A DNA stretch of 31,989 nucleotides from a virus (taxonomy: Duplodnaviria > Caudoviricetes). The stretch spans positions 1-31,989 of IMG/VR virus record IMGVR_UViG_3300020269_000025; one strand, 5' to 3'. The position numbers and the translations under genes are program-made. Under the pieces are notes generated by a model. It was not told the origin of the DNA. It saw only the letters and a list, made by a program, of their open reading frames with translations, and made no database searches. This document shows, in pieces, positions 1 to 8,344 of this stretch. Every line of letters starts with the position of its first letter. Position 1 is the first letter of the stretch.

Positions 1-16
1 TCCTTAGAATGATTCT

Positions 17-39
17 AAAGAGGGAGCCGAAGCTCCCTC
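17..39 (-). terminator. Intrinsic terminator-like hairpin after major capsid gene
   Basis: Minus strand GAGGGAGC-TTCG-GCTCCCTC (8-bp stem, cUUCGg loop) followed by a short TTT, 7 nt after the capsid stop; the weak U-tract suggests partial read-through. Confidence 0.75.
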
Positions 40-46
40 ACTTAGA

Positions 47-1012
47 TTATTGGTTGATATCTAGTAAGATACCGTGTGCTTTTTCGTTTCTCATTTCAAG
101 AGTCCACTCAACTAAGAGTTGTACTCTCTCAGAGTCACCTGTTTTAGCAAGTTCATTCATGCTAAAATCTCTAAGGTAAGCAGCAGCCATCATATCTCTT
201 TGTAATAAGAAACACATTTTCTCATTAGTAAGAGCCATGATTCTGTTTGGTACCATTTGAATGTCACCAAAGTCAGATGAATATACATCAATAGCAGCAT
301 ATTCTACTCTGTCTCCAGCTTGTCCAAATCTAGTAGTATTAGCATTAAATGTAGATACAGTTTGTTTTACACTTGGTGGTACAACAAACATATCTAGATC
401 TCCACCAGACTCATAGACTTGTTTGATAGCAGCTTTCAGAATTGCTTCTGTAAGATCTCTATCAGTTCCGCCTGTAGTAGCTCTAGTAAGACCAGTTGCA
501 GAGTTAAATCCAGCAGATAAAGCACCACCACTTGCTCCAGCAGAACCGTTAGTTGCAATCCATGTAGAGATTGAACCTAGTTCACGAGCAGTTGATGCGT
601 CACCAGCTACAGAAATATTCTCTTTAATAAGAGCAAATTCCATGTCTTTCTTTAACTCTTTCGATTTTTTTGCGATCTGATACGCCATTTCGTCAGCACG
701 ACCTGCTGCATCTACAGCAAATTGTGTTCCTGACAATAAGATCACTTTATCCATGATCTGTGTAAAGTTATGCACTCTAGCAGATGCAGCAACTGCATCA
801 GTAGTAGCGTCATCACCTTCGATTACAGCGTTTGCAGCTGCATCAGCTAGTGTATCAGTTTGCCATTCGTGTTTTGTGCTTGTAGCTTTTGCACGAGGAA
901 TGGCAGATAGGATTGGAGTATCTTCTGGTGAAATATTGTAAATAACATCAGCAAGATCTTCTCTCAAACCTACAGTATCATATGTATCAAACATATTTGA
1001 TGGTTGAGCCAT
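47..1012 (-). CDS. Major capsid protein (SU10/DUF5309-like, HK97 fold)
   Basis: 321 aa; REDLADVIYNISPEDTP..HEWQTD, LAKTGDS..LLVEWTLEMRNEKAHG motifs; follows scaffold; AAGGAG RBS. Confidence 0.92.
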   Translation of the reverse strand: MAQPSNMFDTYDTVGLREDLADVIYNISPEDTPILSAIPRAKATSTKHEWQTDTLADAAANAVIEGDDATTDAVAASARVHNFTQIMDKVILLSGTQFAVDAAGRADEMAYQIAKKSKELKKDMEFALIKENISVAGDASTARELGSISTWIATNGSAGASGGALSAGFNSATGLTRATTGGTDRDLTEAILKAAIKQVYESGGDLDMFVVPPSVKQTVSTFNANTTRFGQAGDRVEYAAIDVYSSDFGDIQMVPNRIMALTNEKMCFLLQRDMMAAAYLRDFSMNELAKTGDSERVQLLVEWTLEMRNEKAHGILLDINQ

Positions 1013-1034
1013 AATGTTCTCCTTAGTTTAAAAG

Positions 1035-2027
1035 TTATTTAAGATTTTGCCTAAAGATAGCAGCAGCATCTCTAAGAGATCCACTTTTCTTCAAGCGTTT
1101 GATACCTTCATTTCTTTTAATGGCGAACTTTTCACTTTTAGTTTTAGCTGTACCAGATTTAACTACTTTAGGTGCATTTGATACTTTCTTAGCAAGTCCA
1201 GGCTTTGTAGCTTGTAACTTTCTATATGCCATAGCATCTTTAAGTATCAATAGCATTCTATGATCTGTAAGGTTAGCTACCTCTGCTTGAGAATAGCCTG
1301 TCTCAGTAAGATATCTTTTCATATCTGTTCTAACAGTTGATGCCTTTTCAGGATCTTTCATCTCAGGCATTTTGAGATACATTTGTTTCTCTTGTTCTTG
1401 AATATACTTTTGATATTCTTCTTGCTGAGATTGTTGTAGTTGTTGTCTAGTAGCTTCTAGATCCCTTTGTCTTTTCTGCATTTGATATTGTAATCTTGCA
1501 GCTCCAGAAGGATCTTCTTCATACATCTTATCGAAATCAATAGATGCCATTTCTGTATCTAATTGTGATCTCAAAGATTGTTCTAAAGTAGAAATATTAG
1601 CCAATTGAGATTGAAGGGCTTCTCGTTCCCTACGAATTTGATCTTCTTGTTGTTTTCTTTCAATAGATAATTCTTCGGTTTTACGAGAGTAATCAGCTTG
1701 TCGTTGATATCCGTTAATTAGTTCCTCTTGGTTGACCTCATATTTTTGTCCGTTAATTGTAACAGGGAATATAGGTTCCTGAACTTCTTCTACAATATCC
1801 TCAGTAGATTCTTCTTCCTGGGGAATATCTTCTTGGGTTTCTTCTTCTGACAAGTTTTTGTTTGGAAGGTCACTGGGAGCTAATGTCTCCTCAGTTTGCC
1901 TTGTTTCTTCAACTACTGGTTCAGTAGCAGGTGCAGTTTCCTGAGTATCCGCTGTAGGGTTCAGTAAACCGCTGATTGTTTGTGCAGCTCCACTAACTGT
2001 GGTTGGCTGCTTTTCAGCATCAGACAT
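1035..2027 (-). CDS. Capsid scaffolding protein
   Basis: Acidic N-terminus, VTINGQKYEV..ELINGYQRQADYSRKT motif, coiled coil, basic C-terminal helix (LKKSGSLRDAAAIF); immediately upstream of capsid. Confidence 0.88.
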   Translation of the reverse strand: MSDAEKQPTTVSGAAQTISGLLNPTADTQETAPATEPVVEETRQTEETLAPSDLPNKNLSEEETQEDIPQEEESTEDIVEEVQEPIFPVTINGQKYEVNQEELINGYQRQADYSRKTEELSIERKQQEDQIRREREALQSQLANISTLEQSLRSQLDTEMASIDFDKMYEEDPSGAARLQYQMQKRQRDLEATRQQLQQSQQEEYQKYIQEQEKQMYLKMPEMKDPEKASTVRTDMKRYLTETGYSQAEVANLTDHRMLLILKDAMAYRKLQATKPGLAKKVSNAPKVVKSGTAKTKSEKFAIKRNEGIKRLKKSGSLRDAAAIFRQNLK

Positions 2028-2037
2028 AAATGTCCTC

Positions 2038-2310
2038 CTATTTTGGTTTTTTGATTTCCTCTAATTGTTTAGAGGCTAGTTTGCCAGTATTCATTAATTC
2101 AGTCAGGTGGTTATGTACCTTATCTAACTGATGAATGGCTATCCATATGGCAGTTCTGCCATCTGAATCTTTGTAGGATGTGTTTATGATTTGATTCATA
2201 TAATTAACTTTTAAAGCACCAATAGCTTCTTTAAAAAGTTCATCCTCTAATATGGTTTCGGCTTTTTTACCTTTTGTGACTTCTTTGTTTAATTTTATTG
2301 CGTCTGTCAT
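2038..2310 (-). CDS. Conserved small head-module protein between portal and scaffold
   Basis: 90 aa helical ORF, ATGA overlap with portal stop; usual position in this podovirus type. Confidence 0.75.
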   Translation of the reverse strand: MTDAIKLNKEVTKGKKAETILEDELFKEAIGALKVNYMNQIINTSYKDSDGRTAIWIAIHQLDKVHNHLTELMNTGKLASKQLEEIKKPK

Positions 2311-4430
2311 TGATTTTTAGGATCAAAAAACTGCTGTTGCTGTCTTACTGTTTCTTGTCCAAGATCTCCTACTTTCGCAATATTATCTTTTTTAGGTATG
2401 TTTGCAATCTCTTTTTTAATTTCATTAGAATCAATACTCATTTGGTATTTGGCTTCTAACTCTTTTAGTCTCACTTCCATATTTAACATCATTTCTTGTG
2501 TTTTTAACTCAAGTTCTTTTTCTTTAATTTGAGTATCAAGAATCTTACGTTGGTTTTCACCTTGTACTTGTGCAAGTGTAACTTTTTCAAATTCAGTTGG
2601 CTGTGGTGGTAGTGGAGGTGGCATTTGTGCAGCACCAACAACTGGATCAGTAAAGTATGTTTCAACATTTCTTAATCCAGCAGCTTCTACCAATTTAGTT
2701 AATGTATTGTGTACATTTCTAAGATTGACCATTGGTCCAGCAGCTGACTTCTGTAAGTTAATAGCTTGTATTTGTCTTTCTAATATAACATTAAGAATAG
2801 CAAGTTCTTGATCTTTACTACCAGTACCAAGACCAACTTGTATTTCAACATTACATTTGTTTGCCCATTCCATAGGCATCATAGTTACATATTGTTCATT
2901 CACACGAATAATCTTTTCTTTAGTTTCGTATTTAGTAACTACTTCTAATATTTTATTAAATAATTGTTTAACACCTGTTTCAGCAAATACTCTGCATATT
3001 AATTCAACTCTCATTTGAGCTTGTGTCAATATTTGATTAAGACCACTTGCAGTTTTGTTTAATGAATCGGCATCCATTCCTTGTGAGTATCTTGTAATAC
3101 CAGTTCTTTGTTCTCTGACTGTATCTAAATACTCAAGCAATGGCATAGCTGCTTGATTCAATGGCTGACTAGCCATAGGTTGTATGACTGATTGTGGTGG
3201 TTGTTTTGTTCTTACTATTCCACCAGGTCTATTAGTTAATAGGTCATCTATATTAACTTGACCATCCATAACTGCAACTCGGTTATTATTTGTTAGATAC
3301 ATATTATCCAACAACTGTCTCATAATTGTACTTTTTACTAATTGTACATCTTCAACAAGTTCCGAAATAGACCTTCCGTAAAACCTGTGTGGCACTAGAA
3401 TAGGTGTTACACTTACGAATGGGCATCTGTCATAAGGCACATTGTCTAAGATTTCATATGAGCTATCACCTGCTACAGTTACCTTTCGTAACTCGGCAAT
3501 ACCATCTTCATCTTCATCTAACTTCATATAACATTCGTAGATCAAGATTTCTTCATTAGCTTTGTCTGTTGTAGGAGCTGTTTCCTCATCTTCTGCATAT
3601 CTTTTACGAGAAACTTTTTCTTCAGAATATTTATTATTTACATCAGCTGGTAGCTTTGCAATTGTTTCAGGATCAAAACCCATTTCAACTAATTCTGATC
3701 GTGTAATAAATTTTCTGTGTGCTGTAAAATGTGCATCAGGTATAGACTTGGCATTTCTTGCAATTAAAAATTCTTCAGGTGGTACATTCTCTACACATAC
3801 CTTACCTTTTTTCTTTACTCGATTGACAACAACATCATGCATCTTTTCTGCCATTGGCACTTGATCTGGTATCATTTGATCATTCAAAAACTTTTGAGCT
3901 TCTTTTAAAGCTTCTTCATTATCTCTTTCGTACTCAGTATGTTCTAATACTTTTACTTCTGGATCAGCAAGTAATAATGCAAACTCATCATCTGTTAATC
4001 CATAATAAGATGATCTTTCAACATCCATTGAATCATCCCAAAATACTTTTATAATTCCATTCTTTTGTAACAATGCATCTTTAAAAAATGTATATAGATT
4101 AGTAAAACCATCATTATCTTTATAGAATACATGGTTCAAATAATCTGTAGCTTGTTTTGCTATTGATTCATCACCAGCATTATTAGCTACACATTGCACT
4201 GCTTTTGGTGATGCAGTAAATGTTCTCATAATCTGAGGTAGTATACTTTCTATTGTATCTGCAACATCTGTAGATATAACTTGAGATCTACCTTCTTGTT
4301 CGTTTCCAAACGGTTCAGAAAAATAATAATCTAAAGATTTAGCTCTAGCTTCTGTTAGTTCACCACCAAGATATCCTAATGAGGATTGTATCTCAGATGA
4401 TATGATTGCTTTTAATTCATAATCATTCAT
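2307..4430 (-). CDS. Portal protein
   Basis: ~707 aa; EQEGRSQVISTDVADTIE, FKDALLQKNGIIKVFWD, VENVPPEEFL, PHRFYGRS, RQLLDNMYLTNN motifs; start moved to ATG 4430 (TAATG coupling to the upstream gene). Confidence 0.93.
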   Translation of the reverse strand: MNDYELKAIISSEIQSSLGYLGGELTEARAKSLDYYFSEPFGNEQEGRSQVISTDVADTIESILPQIMRTFTASPKAVQCVANNAGDESIAKQATDYLNHVFYKDNDGFTNLYTFFKDALLQKNGIIKVFWDDSMDVERSSYYGLTDDEFALLLADPEVKVLEHTEYERDNEEALKEAQKFLNDQMIPDQVPMAEKMHDVVVNRVKKKGKVCVENVPPEEFLIARNAKSIPDAHFTAHRKFITRSELVEMGFDPETIAKLPADVNNKYSEEKVSRKRYAEDEETAPTTDKANEEILIYECYMKLDEDEDGIAELRKVTVAGDSSYEILDNVPYDRCPFVSVTPILVPHRFYGRSISELVEDVQLVKSTIMRQLLDNMYLTNNNRVAVMDGQVNIDDLLTNRPGGIVRTKQPPQSVIQPMASQPLNQAAMPLLEYLDTVREQRTGITRYSQGMDADSLNKTASGLNQILTQAQMRVELICRVFAETGVKQLFNKILEVVTKYETKEKIIRVNEQYVTMMPMEWANKCNVEIQVGLGTGSKDQELAILNVILERQIQAINLQKSAAGPMVNLRNVHNTLTKLVEAAGLRNVETYFTDPVVGAAQMPPPLPPQPTEFEKVTLAQVQGENQRKILDTQIKEKELELKTQEMMLNMEVRLKELEAKYQMSIDSNEIKKEIANIPKKDNIAKVGDLGQETVRQQQQFFDPKNQ

Positions 4431-4711
4431 TAGCAATTCCACTTTCTCAATGCTTTATTAATTCTAGAATTAGGATCATTTGCTGTCTTAGCAGAAGTTA
4501 ATTTCTTTTTCATGCCTTTCATACGCTTACAAAAAGACTTTCTTCTTTTAGCAGCTTTTGAACCTTTTTTCAATTTACTTGGTTTTGTAGTAACAGCTGT
4601 TTGTAATTTACTACCAGGGTTTGCTCTACGATAAGATGCAACTCCCTTTTTATTCAATCCACCTTTTGGGTCTTTACCTTCTTTTCTTTGCCACGCTGGT
4701 GATTTAGCCAT
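4430..4711 (-). CDS. Small basic protein (DUF6321-like)
   Basis: AWQRKEGKDPKGGLNKKG..RRKSFCKRM..DPNSRINKALRKWNC; very Lys/Arg-rich. Confidence 0.8.
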   Translation of the reverse strand: MAKSPAWQRKEGKDPKGGLNKKGVASYRRANPGSKLQTAVTTKPSKLKKGSKAAKRRKSFCKRMKGMKKKLTSAKTANDPNSRINKALRKWNC

Positions 4712-4937
4712 TTTTCTTTCTCCTCTTTCCAGATGCAGTTACAGACCAATTGACTCTTTTTGGTCCAGTCTTTTTAGCAGCTTCCTTTTTACTTATACGA
4801 CCTGCTACTTTTTTTGGTCTACAAGCTGGATATGGTCTACCTTTATCTTTCTTTCCAGAACGACCACACTTCTTTCCTGTCTTAACATCTCTCCAATCTT
4901 CTTTGAACCACTTACGCAGTCCACCTTGGTAAGCCAT
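4704..4937 (-). CDS. Small basic conserved phage protein
   Basis: GLRKWFKEDWRDVKTGKKCGR..YPACRP motif; overlaps both neighbours. Confidence 0.8.
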   Translation of the reverse strand: MAYQGGLRKWFKEDWRDVKTGKKCGRSGKKDKGRPYPACRPKKVAGRISKKEAAKKTGPKRVNWSVTASGKRRKKNG

Positions 4938-5077
4938 TAATATTTTCCGCCACGCTTCTTGTAAGTTTTAACAAGCCAAGCGTTTGCATATGCACTAGGA
5001 TAAACTTTAAACTTTCTTTTAGCTTCAGCTTTTACTCTTGCATACAATGCTTTATTTTTTGGTTTTGGTGATGCCAT
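4937..5077 (-). CDS. 46-aa basic protein (DUF5872-like), not in ORF track
   Basis: Hand translation MASPKPKNKALYARVKAEAKRKFKVYPSAYANAWLVKTYKKRGGKY; TAATG overlaps at both ends fill the gap exactly. Confidence 0.85.
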   Translation of the reverse strand: MASPKPKNKALYARVKAEAKRKFKVYPSAYANAWLVKTYKKRGGKY

Positions 5078-6366
5078 TATATTATATACCTCGTGTCTAC
5101 ATTAATTTCTTTTGCCCAATCTGTTCTATCAGGTGCTTCACCTACACAACCATATCTAAATGCATCTGCTCCATGTGATGCCCAGTTGTGATGTGGTTTA
5201 TTTTTAAACACCTGGTTCTTATCATCAAAAACTTTTTTATATTGTTTTAATGATTCGATACCATGTTTGCACCTAATTCTATCAAACCAGCAGTTAGGCA
5301 AGGTATTTCTTACTGATTCAATTCCATGATCAACTTCAAGCTTTGGAGCTACTTCAAAGTCTAGCCCCAGCTCTGATGCAACCTCTAATCGAGATTTACC
5401 AGTGCCAAGTTCTCTAGTTGTAATATCGTGTGGAGCTATATGAGCTGAGTAGTTATATGGTTTTTTATTTAGTTCACCAACATAGTATGCAAGTGATTCA
5501 CCATTTGTTTCTAAATAATCTATGAGTCTAACTTCATTATTAACTCTTTGTGCAAACCATATTGCTGTTGAGTCACCAATACCTAAATCCCACCAAGTTT
5601 CTACACCTATAGTTGGATCGTATGGTACATCGCCTATACGCTTATCGCCTTCAGCTTTCTCCATCAATGCTCCGTAATAGCTGCCTTGTACCGAAGCATT
5701 GAATGAACATTCATACTCCTGCTCGTACTGTGAGTCTGGCATAGTACGCATAGCATCTTCTAGTTCCCATTGTGGAATAACATCAGTATCAGATGCTCTG
5801 TACATACATCCAAACCATTCTTTACTATCAGTTCTTTTTGAGAAGTCATATACTTCCCAGAACTGGTTATGACCCATAGGAGTTCCTATGAAAATAACAT
5901 AGCCAAGTTTGTCTGATACAGCAGGTCTAATAATCTCTGTCCATGTCCTAGGAGACATGAGGGCGTACTCATCGAGAATAACGCCATCGAACCCAAGTCC
6001 ACGGAGAGCATCTGGGTTGTCAGCTCCGAATATTTGTAATCTACTACCATTCCAAAGGTCAATCTTTAGTTCTGTTTCATTTCTACCCCCACCTAATTTC
6101 ATTATCGGTGCTGTGTATTCTTTGAGGTAGTCGTATGCTACAGCTTTTCCTTGACGATAGGTAGGAGCAATATATGCCAATCTGGCTCCTGGCTTTTCTA
6201 CAGCAGTAGTAATTATCTTCCATATTGCCAAACAGGTTTTTCCAAAACGCCTGTGGCAAACAATAACATTAAATCTTTTTAACTTATTAAAAACCTCCCA
6301 TTGATATTTACGAGGTTTAAAAGGTATGGTTATTTCTTTTTCTAATCCTTTTCTGGACTTTGGCAT
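5077..6366 (-). CDS. terL: Terminase large subunit
   Basis: Walker A VCHRRFGKT, Walker B GVILDE, FIGTP coupling motif, RNase H-like nuclease WDLG..HGADAFRY. Confidence 0.96.
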   Translation of the reverse strand: MPKSRKGLEKEITIPFKPRKYQWEVFNKLKRFNVIVCHRRFGKTCLAIWKIITTAVEKPGARLAYIAPTYRQGKAVAYDYLKEYTAPIMKLGGGRNETELKIDLWNGSRLQIFGADNPDALRGLGFDGVILDEYALMSPRTWTEIIRPAVSDKLGYVIFIGTPMGHNQFWEVYDFSKRTDSKEWFGCMYRASDTDVIPQWELEDAMRTMPDSQYEQEYECSFNASVQGSYYGALMEKAEGDKRIGDVPYDPTIGVETWWDLGIGDSTAIWFAQRVNNEVRLIDYLETNGESLAYYVGELNKKPYNYSAHIAPHDITTRELGTGKSRLEVASELGLDFEVAPKLEVDHGIESVRNTLPNCWFDRIRCKHGIESLKQYKKVFDDKNQVFKNKPHHNWASHGADAFRYGCVGEAPDRTDWAKEINVDTRYII

Positions 6367-6626
6367 AAATTAATCTTTACTGGTTTGTTTTCATCTCCTG
6401 ATACCTTTAATTCTTTTGATGCAAGTCTAGGATGGAGATATGGAGCTGCTTTTTCAGCTGCCCACATTTTACGTTCTGGTGATGTTCCTGGATTGTTCAA
6501 TACTGCAATCATATAATCTAATGGTGTTTTACTCATCTTTTGTAATTCTTCCTCTAATCTAATGCCTTTTGTTCCGTCTTTGACACCAATGGGTCTACCA
6601 GCTCCAGGTCTTTTACCGCCTCTCAT
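6342..6626 (-). CDS. Putative terminase small subunit
   Basis: RGGKRPGAGRP N-terminus, TPLDYM..AAEKAAPYLHPRL; directly upstream of and overlapping terL. Confidence 0.78.
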   Translation of the reverse strand: MRGGKRPGAGRPIGVKDGTKGIRLEEELQKMSKTPLDYMIAVLNNPGTSPERKMWAAEKAAPYLHPRLASKELKVSGDENKPVKINLCQSPEKD

Positions 6627-6629
6627 TGA

Positions 6630-6791
6630 TTAGCCTCTTGCTCTCATAGCATTAAAATGTTGTTTCAAAGCTTTATTAAGTTTCTTTTCTGCTACTCTTT
6701 TTCTCTTTTTTTCAGCAGATTTACCTATTTCATATCCTGCAAGACCTGTTGCTCCAAGTGCAAGACCTTTTATTATTGCTCCGTAAGCCAT
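6630..6791 (-). CDS. 53-aa Gly-zipper/basic peptide, not in ORF track
   Basis: MAYGAIIKGLALGATGLAGYEIGKSAEKKRKRVAEKKLNKALKQHFNAMRARG; AGGAG RBS; fills the gap. Confidence 0.75.
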   Translation of the reverse strand: MAYGAIIKGLALGATGLAGYEIGKSAEKKRKRVAEKKLNKALKQHFNAMRARG

Positions 6792-6801
6792 ATTTATTCT
6801 C

Positions 6802-7074
6802 CTATCTTAATAGTCCAGGCATCATTGCATCCCTAGTTGTAGGAGGCATAGGTCGCCTAGGTTGTGGTTGTGTCATTTGTGGCGGTAGTTGTCTAGGAGG
6901 TGCTGCTGCCATACCAGTTGTAGGCATTGGTCCAGGCACATTAGAAACCCCACCTTGCATTGGTGTTGCCATTTGCTGTTTTGCCATTACAATTTTTCCA
7001 AGGGTAGCCATTTCATTTGGAGATAAAGTTGCAATCATATCAGCAATCTCAACTAAACTAGTTTTCTTAGCCAT
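6802..7074 (-). CDS. Pro/Met/Gln-rich hypothetical protein
   Basis: 90 aa, TAATG-coupled, ends MMPGLLR. Confidence 0.75.
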   Translation of the reverse strand: MAKKTSLVEIADMIATLSPNEMATLGKIVMAKQQMATPMQGGVSNVPGPMPTTGMAAAPPRQLPPQMTQPQPRRPMPPTTRDAMMPGLLR

Positions 7075-7235
7075 TATAATAATCCTTTTTTAGTGTTATC
7101 TACCGCTATCCTAATGTCAGGTTCAGGTTCAAATACAACCTCTATTTCTTCTTTTTTCTTCCTGATAGGTGCAGATTCTTTTTTTCTTAATAATTGTTTA
7201 CGAAACTGGTCAACAAATTCTAAATCTTTATTCAT
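7074..7235 (-). CDS. 53-aa hypothetical protein, not in ORF track
   Basis: MNKDLEFVDQFRKQLLRKKESAPIRKKKEEIEVVFEPEPDIRIAVDNTKKGLL; TAATG overlaps at both ends. Confidence 0.75.
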   Translation of the reverse strand: MNKDLEFVDQFRKQLLRKKESAPIRKKKEEIEVVFEPEPDIRIAVDNTKKGLL

Positions 7236-7435
7236 TAAACCAAATATTTCTTGTTTTTATTCTTTTCTGTAGCTGATCCAATCTGTAAACCAGCAGATGC
7301 ACCTGCTAAAGCACCGATCTTTCCTCTGTTTTTAATGAGTCTTTTACCAGTTTTTGTTCTAGCAAATGTTTTTGCACCAGCTTTTGCACCTCTTGCGAGT
7401 CCTAAAGCTGCATTCATTATTGATACATAAGCCAT
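7235..7435 (-). CDS. 66-aa Gly/Ala-rich basic peptide
   Basis: C-terminal half resembles the 6630..6791 peptide; coupled to neighbours. Confidence 0.72.
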   Translation of the reverse strand: MAYVSIMNAALGLARGAKAGAKTFARTKTGKRLIKNRGKIGALAGASAGLQIGSATEKNKNKKYLV

Positions 7436-7436
7436 G

Positions 7437-7577
7437 CTATTTACCTTTCTTTTTTTTCATGCCATTGGGCTTTTTCTTCATCCCATTAGGCTTTTTTTTG
7501 CCATTTGCCTTCTTTTTTGAAGCTATAATCTTCTCTTGAAGCTTCGGTGGCAGTGTTTTTTGTTTCTTAGTAAGCAT
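7437..7577 (-). CDS. 46-aa Lys-rich peptide with KKK(A/P)NG(M) repeats, not in ORF track
   Basis: MLTKKQKTLPPKLQEKIIASKKKANGKKKPNGMKKKPNGMKKKKGK. Confidence 0.75.
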   Translation of the reverse strand: MLTKKQKTLPPKLQEKIIASKKKANGKKKPNGMKKKPNGMKKKKGK

Positions 7578-7680
7578 TTTTCTTACCCTTCATCATTTTT
7601 TTCTTTTTTTTCTTAGCTTTTGCAGCCATCGCCTTACCTTTTTTCGTGTAAGGGTACTTTTTTCCGTTTACCATTGGCAT
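7567..7680 (-). CDS. 37-aa Lys-rich peptide, not in ORF track
   Basis: MPMVNGKKYPYTKKGKAMAAKAKKKKKKMMKGKKNAY; AGGAGG RBS. Confidence 0.8.
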   Translation of the reverse strand: MPMVNGKKYPYTKKGKAMAAKAKKKKKKMMKGKKNAY

Positions 7681-7681
7681 A

Positions 7682-7795
7682 TTAGCCTCCTATTATTGCT
7701 ATTATTAATATTAAAATAACGACTGCTGCCGCTATCTTATGCTTTTTCGATACTCCATCCCATTTCTCTTGGGCATAGTCCATCCATTTTCGCAT
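7682..7795 (-). CDS. 37-aa single-pass membrane peptide, not in ORF track
   Basis: MRKWMDYAQEKWDGVSKKHKIAAAVVILILIIAIIGG; AGGAG RBS; C-terminal hydrophobic helix. Confidence 0.75.
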   Translation of the reverse strand: MRKWMDYAQEKWDGVSKKHKIAAAVVILILIIAIIGG

Positions 7796-7796
7796 A

Positions 7797-7997
7797 TTAT
7801 TCTCCTATTTTGTTAAAAAGGGTACTTACCCCTTCTGATGCACCTTCTTGGTCATCCTCGTTGAAATTTGAGCCTTTAAAGATCAATTCTATCTTAGGAC
7901 TTGGCTCAATCTTATGTCCACTCATCTTTGAGTATGCTCTTGCTTGGGTGATACCAAAGTTATCTTCCCCAAATATTACATTACCTACTAATGGCAT
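7797..7997 (-). CDS. Hypothetical protein, first ORF of the leftward late operon
   Basis: 66 aa; AGGAGG RBS. Confidence 0.75.
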   Translation of the reverse strand: MPLVGNVIFGEDNFGITQARAYSKMSGHKIEPSPKIELIFKGSNFNEDDQEGASEGVSTLFNKIGE

Positions 7998-8344
7998 ATG
8001 TTGTTCCTCCTATGATTAGTCTCAATACAAACCCCCCTTTTATTATTACCGCTGCTTCGCAGCGGCATTGACGCCTATGGCGGCTTTAAAACCCCACCTT
8101 TTCGCTTTCTGCTTCGCATTCAAGCTTAAGGCTTTGTGGGTTTGATTTGTCTTATTGTTTTTATTATATGATTTGATTGTTGAAGTCTCAAACTTTTCAT
8201 GCATCAGATCATTTTATCGTCATCTTCTTCGTCTGTCCTTGCTTCTTTGTATGTTATGTGTGCAACACATAAATGCCTTATGCAGGTGTGCAAGGCTTCA
8301 TGTGTTGCTTTGCACATAACTAAATACAAATGAAAGGACAAACT
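7998..8344. promoter_or_regulatory. Divergent control region (late/early promoters; candidate origin or packaging start)
   Basis: ~350-nt gap between divergent operons; hairpins at 8049-8065, 8072-8082, 8110-8118 and 8246-8330; T-rich tract 8140-8175. Confidence 0.6.

Noticed and set aside
40-70. Programmed frameshift or read-through extension of the capsid protein
   Set aside because: No slippery site at the 3' end; an in-frame TGA and the terminator hairpin follow immediately
423-6130. Plus-strand ORFs antisense to capsid, portal and terminase (423, 753, 3562, 3854, 4750, 5909)
   Set aside because: Shadow frames of well-supported minus-strand genes; no recognisable motifs
7445-7520. Short tandem DNA repeat as a non-coding element
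   Set aside because: Explained by the KKK(A/P)NG(M) peptide repeat, with synonymous variation between copies
6749-8019. Plus-strand ORFs 6749..7093 and 7810..8019
   Set aside because: Antisense to a fully tiled, translationally coupled minus-strand operon
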